A stretch of 64,000 nt of DNA from Cyanidioschyzon merolae (lineage: Eukaryota): assembly GCA_000091205.1 (NCBI GenBank), contig AP006484.2; one strand, given 5' to 3'. The notes under the pieces were generated by a model. The model saw nothing but the letters and a program-made list of their open reading frames with translations, did not search any database and had not been told where the DNA came from. This document shows, piece after piece, positions 8,564 through 21,917 of the stretch. The position numbers were made by a program, and so were the translations under genes. How positions within the stretch are numbered: the stretch's first letter is position 1; each line of letters opens with the position of its first letter.

Positions 8564-10549
8564 GCACTTTGCGTAGAACGGGAACATACGCCAAGCGCAT
8601 AGCTGTTGTGATCGACCCCAGTGAACGAATGCGCATTTGCGACCTTGGCTTCTATGAGCTCGTTGCGCTCGAATCGCTCGCTGGCATTGTAGTATGGCGG
8701 AATACATGTCGCACACTCTGGTTCGATATTTGTAAAGCGCTTTCGACGTAGATCAGAGACCGTGAATCATATGAAATATTGAGTTAAGATCAGAACAGAA
8801 TCTAGGAGGCTCATCCAAAGAGGCGACGACTTTCACAGCAAAAGCGCATGCGTCGCCACTTGCCCTCTCTAAGCAGAGACATACGAGTTTCTAGCTGCTT
8901 GTTCGTATTGATATCGATGGCTGCCATGAAGGCCACAAGAAAGGAAGATATTTCGACAACATTGCTCGATTGTTGTTCAAATACACCATTCGAGATTCTG
9001 GGGTTTCCGATCGTTTCTCCAGCTTCTTGATAAGCATGCTAGATTCCAAGCTCGCCTACGCTTTACTGGATCCTTCGGAATGCAGGCGAGATCTCTGCCC
9101 CGGGGTCGGATCCGCTTGCAATCCCACGACCCGACGTCATGGGTGACAATCTTGTCGATCGACGCAAGCTCCGCATACGAGCACCATGGCGTATTGGGCA
9201 ATATTCCCGTTGCGACTTGCGCAAACCGCCGCATCGAATCCTTCTGCGATGACTCGCGGGCTGCTCTCGAATCAGTAGAGAACTTAACGAGCTGAGAACA
9301 GCATGATCGTGGACAAGCCGACGACGGCTGCAGGCTGCTCATCTTGCATCGCTTAACGCGATACCATCGAAACATACGCATCGCCATCTCCAACATTGCA
9401 ACAAGTCATCGGCCATTCGCATCCGGTAGTGCAGCAAAAGCGGTGCGCTCTGCGGAACTGCCGCATAAATGAATGCGCAACCGATAGCTCGAAATCCGTG
9501 TGTGCATATTGAAGATAACGCATCTACGAGGTATGCAGTATTCTTGAGTTGCTTGCATGGTCATTCCGCGACAGCAGGTCTTCATGCGTTGTCATTCCCT
9601 TCGATACAACGACTCTGCCCACACAGGAGCATCCTACACACCCCCTAGTGTGAATGGAGCACACGAGTCGAGGGCTAGCGCGCTCTATTCCTGTACATTG
9701 TTACCAAAAAGATAAGCTTTTCACTGGCATGTGGGGTAAATGGATAGCCCAATCTTACAGCTGCCTCCCAGCCTTTATCGACTGGCCGCCTGCTACCGCT
9801 CTGGGTTTCTCGTTCCATACTTCGAGCCGGAAGCGTATCCCCAGAAACCTGGTTCGTGTCAGTTCCTCGAATCTCGTTTTCTACATCGTACATTGTCCGA
9901 CATTGGTGACGGTGTCAAAGTTTCGGTTTCCGAACTCCTCTCGTTTACTGCCTCTGGTAGAGGTGATCAATGCAAGGATCATTCGAACTCGCGCCCTGTG
10001 TGCCAATACACTCCCGCCACCATCCCGAATCGCAAGCACCTTTTCCCGCCTATCTGCCCTGTTCTGTGCTCGCCCGTCGGCGAGAACAGAATTTTTTGCT
10101 TTTCTTCCCGGCAACCGGGGATGACGGCCTTCAAAAATCCCCGACTTTCTTGTCAATACCTTTCGCTTAGACTATTAAATTCTCCGAGTGAACGCGCTTT
10201 GAATGTATCAGCTTAAAGTCGCGTCAAGCATTGGGCTACACGCACCTGAAGATGGAACGTACTTCAATTGAATGCCAATAGTAAGCATTTTATGAACAAA
10301 ATGGACTTGCGGATGCAGCGATCGCCAACGCATGTGGACTACCCCGGATGCGCGCTCTGCTACGTAAAGTGTGGTGTGCTATTTTGTCTCTTCTGGAAAA
10401 AAATACAATTATATCCATTTAGCGCCCATATCTGGCGCAAGACCGATGCGGGTTACGCGTCGTGCCGCGTCGCGCGGCGACGCTTTCTCCGGCAGTCGCC
10501 TCGTGCGACGAAGCGTGGATAGCTGTTTGTGCGTTTCTCAGCGACACCC

Positions 10550-11014
10550 ATGGCGATCGTCTTGAACGAGGGAGAGTTTAGGTATATTCTCCGCATACTC
10601 AACACGAATATTGATGGAAAACAAAAAGTGGCGTACGCTCTAACGGCGATCAAAGGCATTGGCAGACGGTTTGCGGACTTGGTCTGCAAGAAAGCGGAAG
10701 TGGACCTTGGTAAACGCGCCGGGCAGCTCACTGACGAGGAAGTGGATCGCATCGTGACGATTATTCAGAACCCGCGGCAGTTTAAGATTCCGGACTGGTT
10801 TTTGAACCGGAGGAAGGACATCCGGGACGGCAAGTACCAACAGCTTGTGTCGAACAACTTGGACTTCAAGCTGCGCGAGGATCTCGATCGTATGCGAAAG
10901 GTCCGGCTTCATCGAGGCTTGAGGCACTTTTGGGGAATTCGTGTGCGAGGTCAGAAGACCAAGACAACCGGCAGACATGGCAAGACCGTAGGTGTATCCA
11001 AGACTCGAGCGTAG
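10550..11014 (+). CDS. RPS18: 40S ribosomal protein S18 (eS18/uS13)
   Basis: [30 protein letters not shown]...[25 protein letters not shown]...[22 protein letters not shown] matches eukaryotic S18 almost residue for residue. The ORF-track start at 10529 is GTG and the first ATG is 10550. Confidence 0.9.
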   Translation: MAIVLNEGEFRYILRILNTNIDGKQKVAYALTAIKGIGRRFADLVCKKAEVDLGKRAGQLTDEEVDRIVTIIQNPRQFKIPDWFLNRRKDIRDGKYQQLVSNNLDFKLREDLDRMRKVRLHRGLRHFWGIRVRGQKTKTTGRHGKTVGVSKTRA

Positions 11015-14000
11015 AAGCTTAACCGCGCGCCATTAGCTTGCGAGCCAGGCAGCTAATCAGCGAACGACACTTTGCTGGTATGGCGAGATCCGCGCTCGCA
11101 CTACTCATCGTCAGCGTTGACCTGGCTTGTGCGCCAAGTATGGTTACATGAACACTTGCATGATAGAAAGCCGCGAGAAGCTGGTTATCGCCCGTGTCTC
11201 TGTCCGTCATGGTCGCCTGCATGCCTCGTGAGCATTCGACCTCGGCCGACACTTCACACCGAAGGGCTTACTGGTTCAGTGTAATGTTCGTCGAGCTCTG
11301 CAAGGGTCCCCCGCCCAAAGGGTCCTCGACGAGCCTTACTTTTTCCTGCAGTTTGATGGGTGAGCACTTTCATAGCGTTGATGATAGATGTTTTTGCAGA
11401 ACAATGGCGCAGGTGCCTTCCACCATACTCAAGTTGGAGACGCATACCCACACATGGTAATCGGAGCGAGAACCGTTCAGATTTGAGAACTTTGTGCCTG
11501 GAAATTTTTCGCGTTCCTCGCAGCTCGGTTGTCTGCATCTCAAAAGTCTACGACGCAGATACCCGAGGCTGCCAAAGACCCTCGCTAACGCGACGCGTCC
11601 AACAAGATCGGACCGAGCTCTGGGCGTATTGCACTGTAAAAGGCGCATCGATGACAGGCGGACGAAGGCACTCTGCAGCAGATGGAGTTCGTGGCTGCGC
11701 CACTTGGTCTAACGGGTACTTGATATGTATCCTAGTCTCGAGTGCGTTTCGATTGTCTCAGCGTTCCGTGGTACCCGAATCTAAAGTTTTCATCTGTTGC
11801 TCTTGCCAGTCGTCGCGCTAGAATCAGAACGCAAAGTTCTGCAGCATGTATATCCGCAAGCACTTTCTGTACTTGTTTGTTTTCTCGCAGGTATCCTACG
11901 AACGGAATGTATCCTGCAGATTGGCCAGAGGTCCCAGAAACTGCTGATGCTGTCGCTTCTAGCTTGCGAGAGATGCGCACGCGTCTGCAAGCCAGTGATT
12001 CTGCGATGAGCAGGTGTATGGAGCACGCTCCCCGAAGTCGTAATGCTGGAAATCTTGCAAGTAAAGTACAAGTCATCCAAGCTGGTTTTTCACGACTGTC
12101 TCCTCGCCAATCCATCGTACTTCATAGGTTAAACGAGAAAGTCTACCAAACATGCCACCGGGGCTTGGGTTTCCGCACCACTGATACGAACGGCGATAAA
12201 GAGGCTCTGATGGACAAAGGAACATGCACGCTTCCACGAAAGACCATCATACGTTGAGCAAAACACAATCGATTTCGTACTGAAACGCGAATGCACCTTA
12301 ACGTAGGGACGGGTTCTCGTCCCACTCGATGATACTACATTTCGGGGAATTGGTAGACCTGAAAACTGGTACTTAAGGACAGGCGATCCGCTGTTCGGAA
12401 AGAAGAGACAAGAGAGCATTCCAAAGGTATCAGCCCGAGCGCCGATGCTATTATATGCCCGCCAACAAGTCGCCTGCAAGGCAGCTTCCTTCGAAACGTC
12501 ACCCTTTGCGCTCGCGTGCACTTCCGTGCTGGTGCTAGGTAACGTCAATGTGCATCTCTCAAATGCGTCTCATGAGTAGGCATCGGAGACTAGCGATGGG
12601 ATGCCCGGCGTGGTTGCGTTTTCTCTCTGCTCCAGTGTGGTCGAAAGCGTCTTCTCCGTTGTCATACAACCATCATGTCCCTTACGGATGCATACAAAGA
12701 TAGTTCGCATCCGTGATGCCAACGTCCTTCGACAATAAATTCTCTACCTTTATCAGCCCTGGACTGCTATCCTGGCAGTCCACTCATACGCGGGATGCAG
12801 CGGATAAGCTCGCTTGGATCCGTGGGCGTGCTCGCAACGGAACAATTGATCAAAGCGCACTTGAGGAATCGTTCATACATGCCGAAGAAAGGCGAGTTCT
12901 AAAGCAGACGTCCCCCTAGTGCTTCGGAATCATGAGCCAAAATCGAGTATGGACGATTTCGAGCACAACAATGCAACCGCGTTTAAGAAAAGAGAATTCG
13001 AGGAAATCACACGCCTATGAAGAGCAAGGGAATTCGAAGAACCTTACGAGGAATGACCGGATGGAAGCACTGTCCATGCAGAAAGCTCCGTCTGAAACTG
13101 TTGTCAAGGCCTCACAACTGATTCACGTCAACGGGGAGAATCTTCCACGAAATGAGATTCGGGACTGCATTGAAGATTGCACAAATTCCCAGACGAGGAT
13201 TGTTCGCCTTGCCACAACTCGTTGGGCAACTGTAATTAGGACTCACGGACACAGCTCTGCCAACGGTCCACAAACTTCATGAATCTATCCACCAAACCTT
13301 TGAGCGTAACGAAATCTGATGCTCGAGTCCTATCATTGAGCATCTCCTGATCCGAGGATCATAGACATATACGCAAGCTTCCACGAATACTTCGATGCAT
13401 CGCAGCGCCGCGTAGGCGCCCGAGAGAAATCTCCAGCACCGGTGCCACAAAGTATAACAGCAAGCGAGAAAACAAAAACATAAGCAGCTCAATATATCGA
13501 GCGATTCATGTGGCACAAACTATCGGCTTTGTAGCGGAGGAAAAACGAGTTGATGGAATGGTTTCCTGGGGTATCGATGGAGGCAAATGACAAGCTGGTA
13601 ATGGCGGAAGCGCCCGAGCTGGTAGCGAGTACGGATCAGGTGACTCTACAAGAGAGGGTGTGTGCATGGGCCTCGTCAGATCTTCCAGGATCGACGTGTT
13701 GTTCTCGACCCCGGGCCATTGGACGTCGAATCAGCAGCATGATTGAAACGTAACGTCTGACTTGCTCCCATTTTGCGGTCCTACGTTTTCCTGAACAGTG
13801 CGATCCGGGCGAATCAGAATCGCTCTCAGAGTGAGAGCGCCCCTGGCTCGCCAACCTCTTATTCAATGCTAATCCGAACATCAGAACAAAACACATGACA
13901 TTGCTGTAGACTCTACTGTATGGTACTCATTTGTTCTGGTTTGACTTTCAGAACGCCATCGCTGGCACCCGCAAGCAAGTATGAAGCATTCGAACACGTT

Positions 14001-16827
14001 CTCCAAGTGCATTTTAGGAGATTGTCCAAGGCCTGTCTCTCACACGCAGGGAATGGACAGCAGTTCACAGCACCGATAGAGGCCGACGGAATATCCATCT
14101 GGATACACTAGGTGAAACCTCCACATCGTATGACAAGAGTGGACACATTTTCCGTCATCTAACAGCATTAACGAGAAGGACCCGGTGGTTGACATGGTTC
14201 CTCGGCTGCCGGGCTCCGAGGCCGTCTTCGTCCATGTAAAGCCAGAACACGGAACCAAAGTCTTGAACGGCGAGCCGATGAACCTGCTCAACTTTTCCAG
14301 CGCTCGGTATCGTCAGGAGTCGGGCACGACGAATGCCACGAAACATACAAAACCAGAGGAAAGACGGCGCATGGACCCAGTTCGACACGCTGAGCACCGA
14401 ATCGAGCACAGGAGGGATTCGTTGTACGCTTCATTCAGAGCGTACATGAGCGTCCGAATGGCTTATGTGGGCGATCTTGAGCAGGAGCATATGCGACCGT
14501 GCAGCGTTCGCCGGCGATTTCGCTTGCGCGGAGCCAAGAAGCTCGTATTCGCCATCTTGTTTCATGAATCAAGCAACAAAATGACTCATACGTCGCATCG
14601 TTTCATGGTGGTATCCAGTGGCACTGGACACGCTGTGGCGCGCAGAGGCTGCACGCCGGCTACTTCGACGAGAACGTGTATCGAGTGCAGGAGGCGGTTC
14701 CGAGCGATTCCCGTAGGAGCGTTCAAGAAGCCATCCATGCATCACGAGCACGCGTGCCCACTGGAACGTATAGCAACGAGGTGCTTGAAACAGGGATGGA
14801 TGCACGAGCTGGTGTCCGATAAACTGGCTGGTATGTCCGATGGCGGGAAGATCGAATACTGAAGGCCTGCGGTGGTGTGCGTCGACCAACAACCATGCGC
14901 ACAAGCACTCTCTGAACCGAGACTCGAAGTTTCCGATCAACATGCAGGAATGCCTCATGTTGACGGAGCGTCCAGCGGGGTGGTATCGAGTGAGCTATCG
15001 GCGGCAGTGTTGAGTACACGGTATGCGCATTGCGCTGGGACGCTGAACACTTCACTGGACAATCCCTATGTCGCTAGGAGCCAGAGGCGACTGGATTCTC
15101 ATTCCAAGCAAGGTAGAGGTGCAGATACACGCGGCAATTTCGCAAGGCTGGAGCTCTCTATCTCTGCACTGGGAACGGTCTCCTCGGGTGTCTGATAGAT
15201 GATAACGGTATTCCGGCATTCAATAGGAATGCGTATAAGTGTAAAAAGGTTTATATAGTTTTACCACTGAAACAACTGCAAAAGACGCTTTGAGTCCATT
15301 TTCTATACGTTTGCTCACCGGCCTTGGACCCCCGATACACCCGTACCAGAATGAAATGGGGCGATTCCACTCATCGAACTCGGCCTTGCACGCTAATCTT
15401 TGAGTCCCTGCTCACTGTCATCAAGAACTGCCTTTGCAGACGCTTCCAGCATCTGCTTCCCGTCCCCTTCTCTTACCTATGGCTTTAAATGCGCTTCTCC
15501 CTACTTTACCACCATCTCCGTTGTCAGTAGTCTAAGGATGTCGCTGGTAGGACCAAAGCCGCGAATGCACCGCTACCGGCTGACGTCAACGCATGGTACG
15601 CTGAGGCAAATTTGCGATCCACGCCTCCTTTGCAATGTTCATTCTCTTGGTAAACAGATCCAGTACGACCCTCATAGCATTGACACATGATTGTGGTCAG
15701 CTATTCGCATACGTCGACCGCACCTCCGCCGACTTCTCTGAGCGCCGCTCTATACCATTCGAATGTTTGTTTTATCGCTCGGCACACGCCCTTGCCAGGC
15801 AAAAAAAGTCTCGCCTCGATGCCGCAGCCTACGATTGCGGCTCTCTTCTGAGCAATCGCTTTGGCGAGTACGCATTCCAATACATGCGAAAATACATAAA
15901 GTTCCATTTGATAGAGGATTTGTAGAACGCGACGTTGCTCATGGTGAAACAAGTTCTGATGAGAGAATCGAGGCTGGAGCTCACGTCGAGAACGTCGACC
16001 CGTCGACGCTCCCTTCGTGTCCGGCGGTGACGCATTCGCCTCTTGATACGATCGCTGTGCTACCTGAACTCCGAGTCCGGGTCTGTTTTCCGTGGAAGCA
16101 GAAGAAACGGGAGCTTCTGGTACCATATCCAAAGAGAAGCGTCACGCTGCTGTCGTGAAAAGCAGAATCATCGGGTACCACAAAGATAGGCGGATTTATG
16201 ATCCAAATGAAATCGAGTATTTGAGGCACCGTATTCGGTGAACGTTCGCCATGAATTTGCGAATATTTCCTCTGGGGACGATCCTCGAGAATCACTCTTC
16301 ATTGATCCCGTGGGCGCGCACTGCTATGCCGTCCAGGTGCCCTAAAAGAGAAGAATCAAAAAACTCAATGAATGCGCGACTTGAGCATGCTACACGTAGG
16401 GAAAGGAGAACAAATAAGGATTGTACTCATGAGTTGCATGATGGTTTCGGTTACTTTACGAACTCGTGTTCGAATCCGTCGAGATTCGTTTTGAATCGTG
16501 TGACGTGACGAGCACCAGCGGCAAAATGTCGAAACCATCCTTCTAAGAAGCCTATCGAGAATCCCATTACGAATTATGAAAGCGTAGGCCCGTCACAAAA
16601 GCGCTTGAAGTGTCGAGGCTACACACCTTGACCCATACTTGAAACAAAACGCAAGGCCGTATCAGACTGGCCAGTTCAGCGTCGCATGCCCGTCGGACTC
16701 GCGTGTCGCTAGTCGCAGTACCGGTCGCACGCCTCGTGCCAGGTTTCTGCGATACTAAGGCTCCAAGTCAGCAACAAAACAACCGGATTGTCGCGTTTAG
16801 CGTCCAACTGGAGAAAGCAACCGATCT

Positions 16828-17943
16828 ATGAGTGATGAAAACACGGTTTCCGAGCTCGCTGACTTTATTCTTCGGTATCTGCAAGAGCAGACTGCCGGTG
16901 CACCAACGGCAGCCGCTGTGCCACAGTCAGTCCTGCTGAACGCTGCTCGTCTCCAGTGGAGCAGCCATTTTCGAGGACCTGGAGGGTCAGACGCAACTGT
17001 CGTTGGACGTCAGTCAGCGTCTGCGCTTGAAGAGCAAATCGCAACCGCTCTAAACGCGCTGCTCAGGGCGGGCGAAGTGCAGCTGGTACGCAGGCAACGC
17101 GGCTCTGGGGAGCTCATGGTGCAACTCGCCCGAGCGCAACGGAAGCGGCTGGCGGGCCTCACAAACACCGAACGTGCCGTCTATGAACAGATCCGAGCGG
17201 CTGGCGAACACGGCATCTGGGTTCGACACATCCGGGGACGTCTCGGCTTGCCACTAGCGGATGTGAATCGAACCCTCAAAGAGCTCCAGCGACGTGAGCT
17301 GGTGAAGCAGGTACAAAGTATTCGTAATAAGACGCGTAAGCTGTACATGTTGGCTGAGCTTGAACCCTCTCGCGAGGTCACCGGCGGGCCCTTCTATGAT
17401 GAGGAAGGCACCTTTGACCACGAGTTCATTCACCGGCTGCGGGAGCTCGTATGGCGACGGCTTCTGCATACACCCTGGACAAGCGCGCTTGAGCTGACGC
17501 AATTTCTGAACCAGAGCAATGTGTTGCGCTTCAGTCTCGAAGTTGCTGATCTGGAACAAGTCCTCCAAACCATGTGCTGGGATCTGATGCTCTGTCGAGC
17601 AACCGAGGCGAGTGCGATGGTCCGTCAAGTCCGCAGCGCTCGCGGCGATGTGACGCAGCATCAGCAGCAGTTGCAGTCCAGAAGCGTGCAAAAGCCATCC
17701 AGAGAACGATGTAGTACTTTGGCTAAGCGCACCTTCTTTTACGCGTGCCTGCATGGACGTGACGGGCTCGCATCTGTGCCCGATGCCTACGTGCCGCCGG
17801 AGAGGCTCGGCTTTGGCAATGTGCTCAGTCAAGTGCCGTGTTCCAAGTGCCCAGTGCGAGATAAGTGCTCGCAACAAAATCCCCAGGTCAATGCGCGTCT
17901 ATGCCCGTACATGGAAGCATGGTCGCGATCCATGTGTACCTGA
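16828..17943 (+). CDS. RPC34: DNA-directed RNA polymerase III subunit RPC34 (RPC6/POLR3F-like) with a C-terminal Cys cluster
   Basis: GIWVRHIRGRLGL...LKELQRRELVKQVQSIRNKTRKLYMLAELEPSREVTGGPFYDEEGTFDHEFI matches the RPC34 winged-helix and KKVYML...P...TGG.WY motifs. The C-terminus is CSKCPVRDKCSQQ...LCPYMEAW. Confidence 0.75.
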   Translation: MSDENTVSELADFILRYLQEQTAGAPTAAAVPQSVLLNAARLQWSSHFRGPGGSDATVVGRQSASALEEQIATALNALLRAGEVQLVRRQRGSGELMVQLARAQRKRLAGLTNTERAVYEQIRAAGEHGIWVRHIRGRLGLPLADVNRTLKELQRRELVKQVQSIRNKTRKLYMLAELEPSREVTGGPFYDEEGTFDHEFIHRLRELVWRRLLHTPWTSALELTQFLNQSNVLRFSLEVADLEQVLQTMCWDLMLCRATEASAMVRQVRSARGDVTQHQQQLQSRSVQKPSRERCSTLAKRTFFYACLHGRDGLASVPDAYVPPERLGFGNVLSQVPCSKCPVRDKCSQQNPQVNARLCPYMEAWSRSMCT

Positions 17944-18265
17944 CCTGGTCTCGTGAAAACGCGCTCTCAAAACGGAGCGCGTAGCTGTAGGCAGGAAGAC
18001 GCAGGCCCCTGCAAGACATCTACACCAGATTTGTCTCGCGTTCGGCACTGTTCAGTCGGGAGAGTTCTCCACGTGCTAAGCGTCTCTGGAGTAAGCGCAC
18101 ATGATACCATCGTACTGCCTTGGCTGTCGCGAACCTGTCCAGGCTGGGAGCACCGAAGAGTGCAGTGCGGCACCTGCCCCGAAAACACCATCGAACGCGT
18201 CTGCGTTTTGCGTCTATGGTGTCCGTGCCCGTTTGGAACGTATTGTTGATGTTTTTGATGGTTGA

Positions 18266-18320
<55 letters not shown>

Positions 18321-18323
18321 CTG
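18266..18323. repeat. Compound microsatellite (CTG)7(ATG)12
   Basis: A direct gctgctgctgctgctgctg atgatgatg... run lies about 320 bp 3' of the RPC34 stop. It generates a spurious polyH/polyQ antisense ORF. Confidence 0.9.
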
Positions 18324-19603
18324 TGAAATGCTCTTCCGTGTACAGCGCATTCGATGGACGAAGGAGCCGTTCTACGTTTCAGGGCTTACCCAAGCGACAT
18401 GTACCCTCTAGAGCCAAGGAGACGTGTCACCGTCGCAAATACGTAATATAGATTCATGGCTACTTGGCGATGCGCATAGCACAAGGACTGTGCACCCCGA
18501 TGGCATTGCCACGGGATGCGGTGCGGCATCATGCGAACGATACCTCCGCCACAGCACACGAGTTGGCCGCACCAGTGATTCCCCAACGGCCTCGAGCATG
18601 TCGAGCCGCATCGCACTCGCCCGGGCCGATAGGCATCCCGTGCACGTGACGAAAGCGGATGTGCATTCGCCGAGACCCGTACCCAGTGTAGTGACTCGAA
18701 TGCGAGCTACTGTTCCGATGATAACAGCAGACGTCTTGCTTCTTCGGAACGCTTCTCTTCTACCGGCTGACAGGCTAGTCGCCTTGCTCCGCACGTTTGC
18801 AACCAACTGAAAACACACCGTCATGATTCTACGGCATGCGCTATAGGCATCAGCGGATCGAACCCGCCAGATGCAGGCAAACGTAGGCGCGCACAGACGA
18901 AAAGCGCATTAGGGATGGAACACCAACCGTCATCGTCGACCCGAAGACGCCCGTTTGTGAAGGTTGCAAAGCGGTCTTGTTCATGTCTGGGGCTCGCTGG
19001 TAGCCAATCGCGCTGTCCAGTACTCTTCTGTTGAGGCATGGCGCAAGGCTCTTTGGCTCTTTCGCGGAGTTTAGGCGCGGTGACGCAGAGGCTCTTGGAC
19101 GGCGTTCCAGTGATGATGCGAGCCTGCTCGCTCTGCATACGCGATTGCTGCCGGAAACCAGGGAAGTGATCCCGAATCCTCCTGAAACGCTTGCATGACC
19201 CATAAACCCAGGAGCATGCACACGATACCTTGCTGGTGGAGCAGACCCTCTGTCCTGTCTTTGTCGCGACATGAACCCCAGCAGGATCGCTTCCTATCTC
19301 CAACGGACACAGAGGCAGCATACCCATCCGTCCTTCGCCGCATGCGTTGATTCCCCAGTCCACGGGTGCTGTCGCCGGACACCTATCGCTATACTGGCGA
19401 GCAGGATGTATCCAGCGCCCTGTCGAGCGCAGCAAGTTGCTTACACGCCCGGCCAAGCTCGACTGTCGATCCAGTGCAACGAGTGTACACCAGCTGCACC
19501 GTCCACAACCGCAACACACATCGAATATGCTCAGTGGTCTATGTAGCCGGGGTCCGCTAAGTTCCATTGTAGTGGACGATAGTATCCAGATACCTGTGGC
19601 AAG

Positions 19604-20293
19604 CTACTCCGTTCCGCAGCTGGTCTCGAATGCGGAACGCCGAAATGCCTCGAGACGATCCATCACAAGCGAAAAGCGACCCGGATTCGTATCCATCAGG
19701 GTGACCAAAAAGCCCTGAATTCGTCGAGTGTTCATGCCTTCCGACGAGTCTACCACGAGGCCGCGATAGGTCATTGCAAACTCAGAAAAAGGCATATCCA
19801 CTGCTGTGCACGACGTCGACGACGGACCTGGTTCCAAGCGAAACGGCCGGTAAAAGATAGAGCGCTCGCGGATCGGGCTATCGGTTGCAACACCAAACAA
19901 CCACAGGCGCCCTCGCTCTGACTCATCCCGACAATATAAACGGAAACAGTCATAGTCCGAGAGGTCTACTCGAAGCGGGTAGTATGCGGACACAAAGCCG
20001 GATAAACGCTCTTTGTGCTGTGTTGTTCTCTGCGCTTGCGTCTCTGCCGCTATGCTCGCATAACGGCCGGCGGGAACACTCAGACACCCTTGAAACGCCC
20101 TACCGTCAGTCCAGTAGGCCTCGCTTTCACCACCTGCACTTGCATCCGTGGAGATCACGACTCCAGCTCGCTGTCTCGGGTCGGCGCTCAGCGGGAACTG
20201 AAGCACCACCGTCGAGGACGCCGGCGGCTCCAGAGCGCGTAGTTGCCAGCGCGTTTTCCACTGCCGCACCAGCACGTCCAAAAACTTGTGCAT
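19604..20293 (-). CDS. Hypothetical protein (about 229 aa), no recognisable domain
   Basis: The ORF is long and non-repetitive (MHKFLDVLVRQWKTRW...FAMTYRGLVVDSSEGMNTRRIQGFLVTLMD). Its first ATG is at 20293 and the track start is GTG. It lies in a gap between RPC34 and Cdc123. Confidence 0.3.
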   Translation of the reverse strand: MHKFLDVLVRQWKTRWQLRALEPPASSTVVLQFPLSADPRQRAGVVISTDASAGGESEAYWTDGRAFQGCLSVPAGRYASIAAETQAQRTTQHKERLSGFVSAYYPLRVDLSDYDCFRLYCRDESERGRLWLFGVATDSPIRERSIFYRPFRLEPGPSSTSCTAVDMPFSEFAMTYRGLVVDSSEGMNTRRIQGFLVTLMDTNPGRFSLVMDRLEAFRRSAFETSCGTE

Positions 20294-20996
20294 CACACAC
20301 ACACACACATACGATCAGTGAGCTGCTTTAGAACAGCATCCCCAGGCCGATGCGACTCTTGAACGTGTCGAGCGCTCCTGCCTAGGTGCACCGCCCAACA
20401 AGGCCGCTGTTTCGAGTCAACAGCACAGCTCGTGCAGCGGCTGCTATCCGCTTCGGAGCGATAGCCAGTTGCGGGTGTTTGCAACAACGGCACCAGCGCA
20501 TACCGCCGGCCTTGTTTCGGGACGTTCTGTTGAACGTGCAGCATAGCCCGTGTTGTGTGCGTATGGCCTCCTGGTGTACCTACACCCGACAGTGGTGCTT
20601 TTTTACGCGGGCTCGTCGAACAGGAGCGCGACCAAAGTACACAGCGCTCGTGGGTTGTACCAGCTGAGAGCTGGGACGTCGTGTCCGCTCGGACTTGACT
20701 CACGGTACCGGGGTAAGCGGCGCTTCTCGAGCTGGTTCTTTGTGCTGCAATAGACCTGCCTAGCGTAACGTGGTAAACTGCGGTTGGCATAGTGCGTAAC
20801 GGTAGAAGCGCTCAGCAGAACCTGTGTGTGTGTGTGCATCAAGGGCGAGCGCTAGTCACTCCAGCACCCCGGGTGAACGGTGTCGAACGAACCGTCTGGC
20901 GAGCTCGTTGGCCCTGGAAACACCGCAGAACCGACAACGTGCAACGAAAACGGGATCATCGGACGTCACCAGGCTCCGGGGTAATCGAACCTGCTC

Positions 20997-21917
20997 ATGA
21001 AGCTTGTACCTGATGCGTTTCATCCAGGCTACTGGGGGCCACTGCTCAGCGCCCACATGCCTCGCACTGCGTACCTGCCGGTATCCGAGTCGTTTATTTC
21101 TGCCCTTCAAAGAGACTCTCTGAACGAGGCTGATGCGGAGCGGTTACAAAGCGACTTTTCTGAGCTCATTCAGGGACTCTCGCACGCCATGGACTACCTC
21201 AGAACAGATCACAGCACATCTGAGGGATTTTGTCCCAAACTAAACGGTAAACTGCCCTACGACGCTGCCTGGATACTGGGGCGGCATGCGCCCTGCTGCT
21301 ATACCTGGAACGAGGCCATGATGGTGCTGCGCGCCTCCAGTCGCATTCATGAGCCAACGAGGACGAGCTGGCAGGGGTCATTCTGTCTAGTGGTGCAACG
21401 CTGGGAGCAGATCCACCCGGCGAATGAGTTTCGCTGCTTTATCTCGAGCTGTCGTGTCATTGCCATTTGCCAGCGCCATCCCGACACACCGTATCCCTTT
21501 CTGGCGAGGGAGCGCGATCGACTCGTGAATGCGATGGTATCTTTCTACGAGACACACGTTCGACCATTGCACCCGGCGTATGCCGAGTGCATCTTGGACT
21601 GTTACTTGGACGATTCTCAGAGTGTGCGCACGCTCGGTATCGATGCCTGGAGCGATGATGCGCTGCTGCTCTTTGAGGTATCGGAAATGGAGGCCTTGCG
21701 TGCGCAGGCTGCAGCGGCGTTTCCTGGTCAGCACTCCGACCCGGATGGCCACCGCCAAAGCGAAGCACCCGGAGAGGATGCCACCGGTGCAACGGTTTCG
21801 TTTCGCAGCGTTGCCCAGGGTTTCGCTGCGGTACCCTGGGGATGGTCAGAGAAGCTGCCGCTTGAGCTCGGGGACGATTTCTTGCGAGCGCGCATACAGC
21901 GCAATGCTTCAGACTAG
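20997..21917 (+). CDS. CDC123: Cell division cycle protein 123 (Cdc123/D123 family, eIF2 assembly factor)
   Basis: FCPKLNGKLPYDAAWIL matches D123 FPKLNWSAPRDAYWI, EFRCFISSCRVIAICQR matches EFRCFVKENKLIGISQR, and ILDCYLDDSQSVRTLGIDAW matches FVFDIYRDSRGKVWLIDFNPF. Confidence 0.75.
   Translation: MKLVPDAFHPGYWGPLLSAHMPRTAYLPVSESFISALQRDSLNEADAERLQSDFSELIQGLSHAMDYLRTDHSTSEGFCPKLNGKLPYDAAWILGRHAPCCYTWNEAMMVLRASSRIHEPTRTSWQGSFCLVVQRWEQIHPANEFRCFISSCRVIAICQRHPDTPYPFLARERDRLVNAMVSFYETHVRPLHPAYAECILDCYLDDSQSVRTLGIDAWSDDALLLFEVSEMEALRAQAAAAFPGQHSDPDGHRQSEAPGEDATGATVSFRSVAQGFAAVPWGWSEKLPLELGDDFLRARIQRNASD

Noticed and set aside
12330-12420. tRNA-like D-arm sequence ggggaattggtagac
   Set aside because: There is no matching acceptor stem, anticodon arm or GTTCNANTC T-loop downstream. 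The gttcgaatcc at 16476 also lacks tRNA context.
14185-14862. 225-aa ORF as a protein-coding gene
   Set aside because: It has no domain, an Arg/His-rich composition and overlapping antisense ORFs. I could not support it from sequence alone, so it is left as part of the unexplained gene-poor stretch.
17967-18350. Minus-strand ORF encoding H12 Q8
   Set aside because: It is a translation of the (CTG)n(ATG)n microsatellite in the RPC34 3' region and is not a gene.
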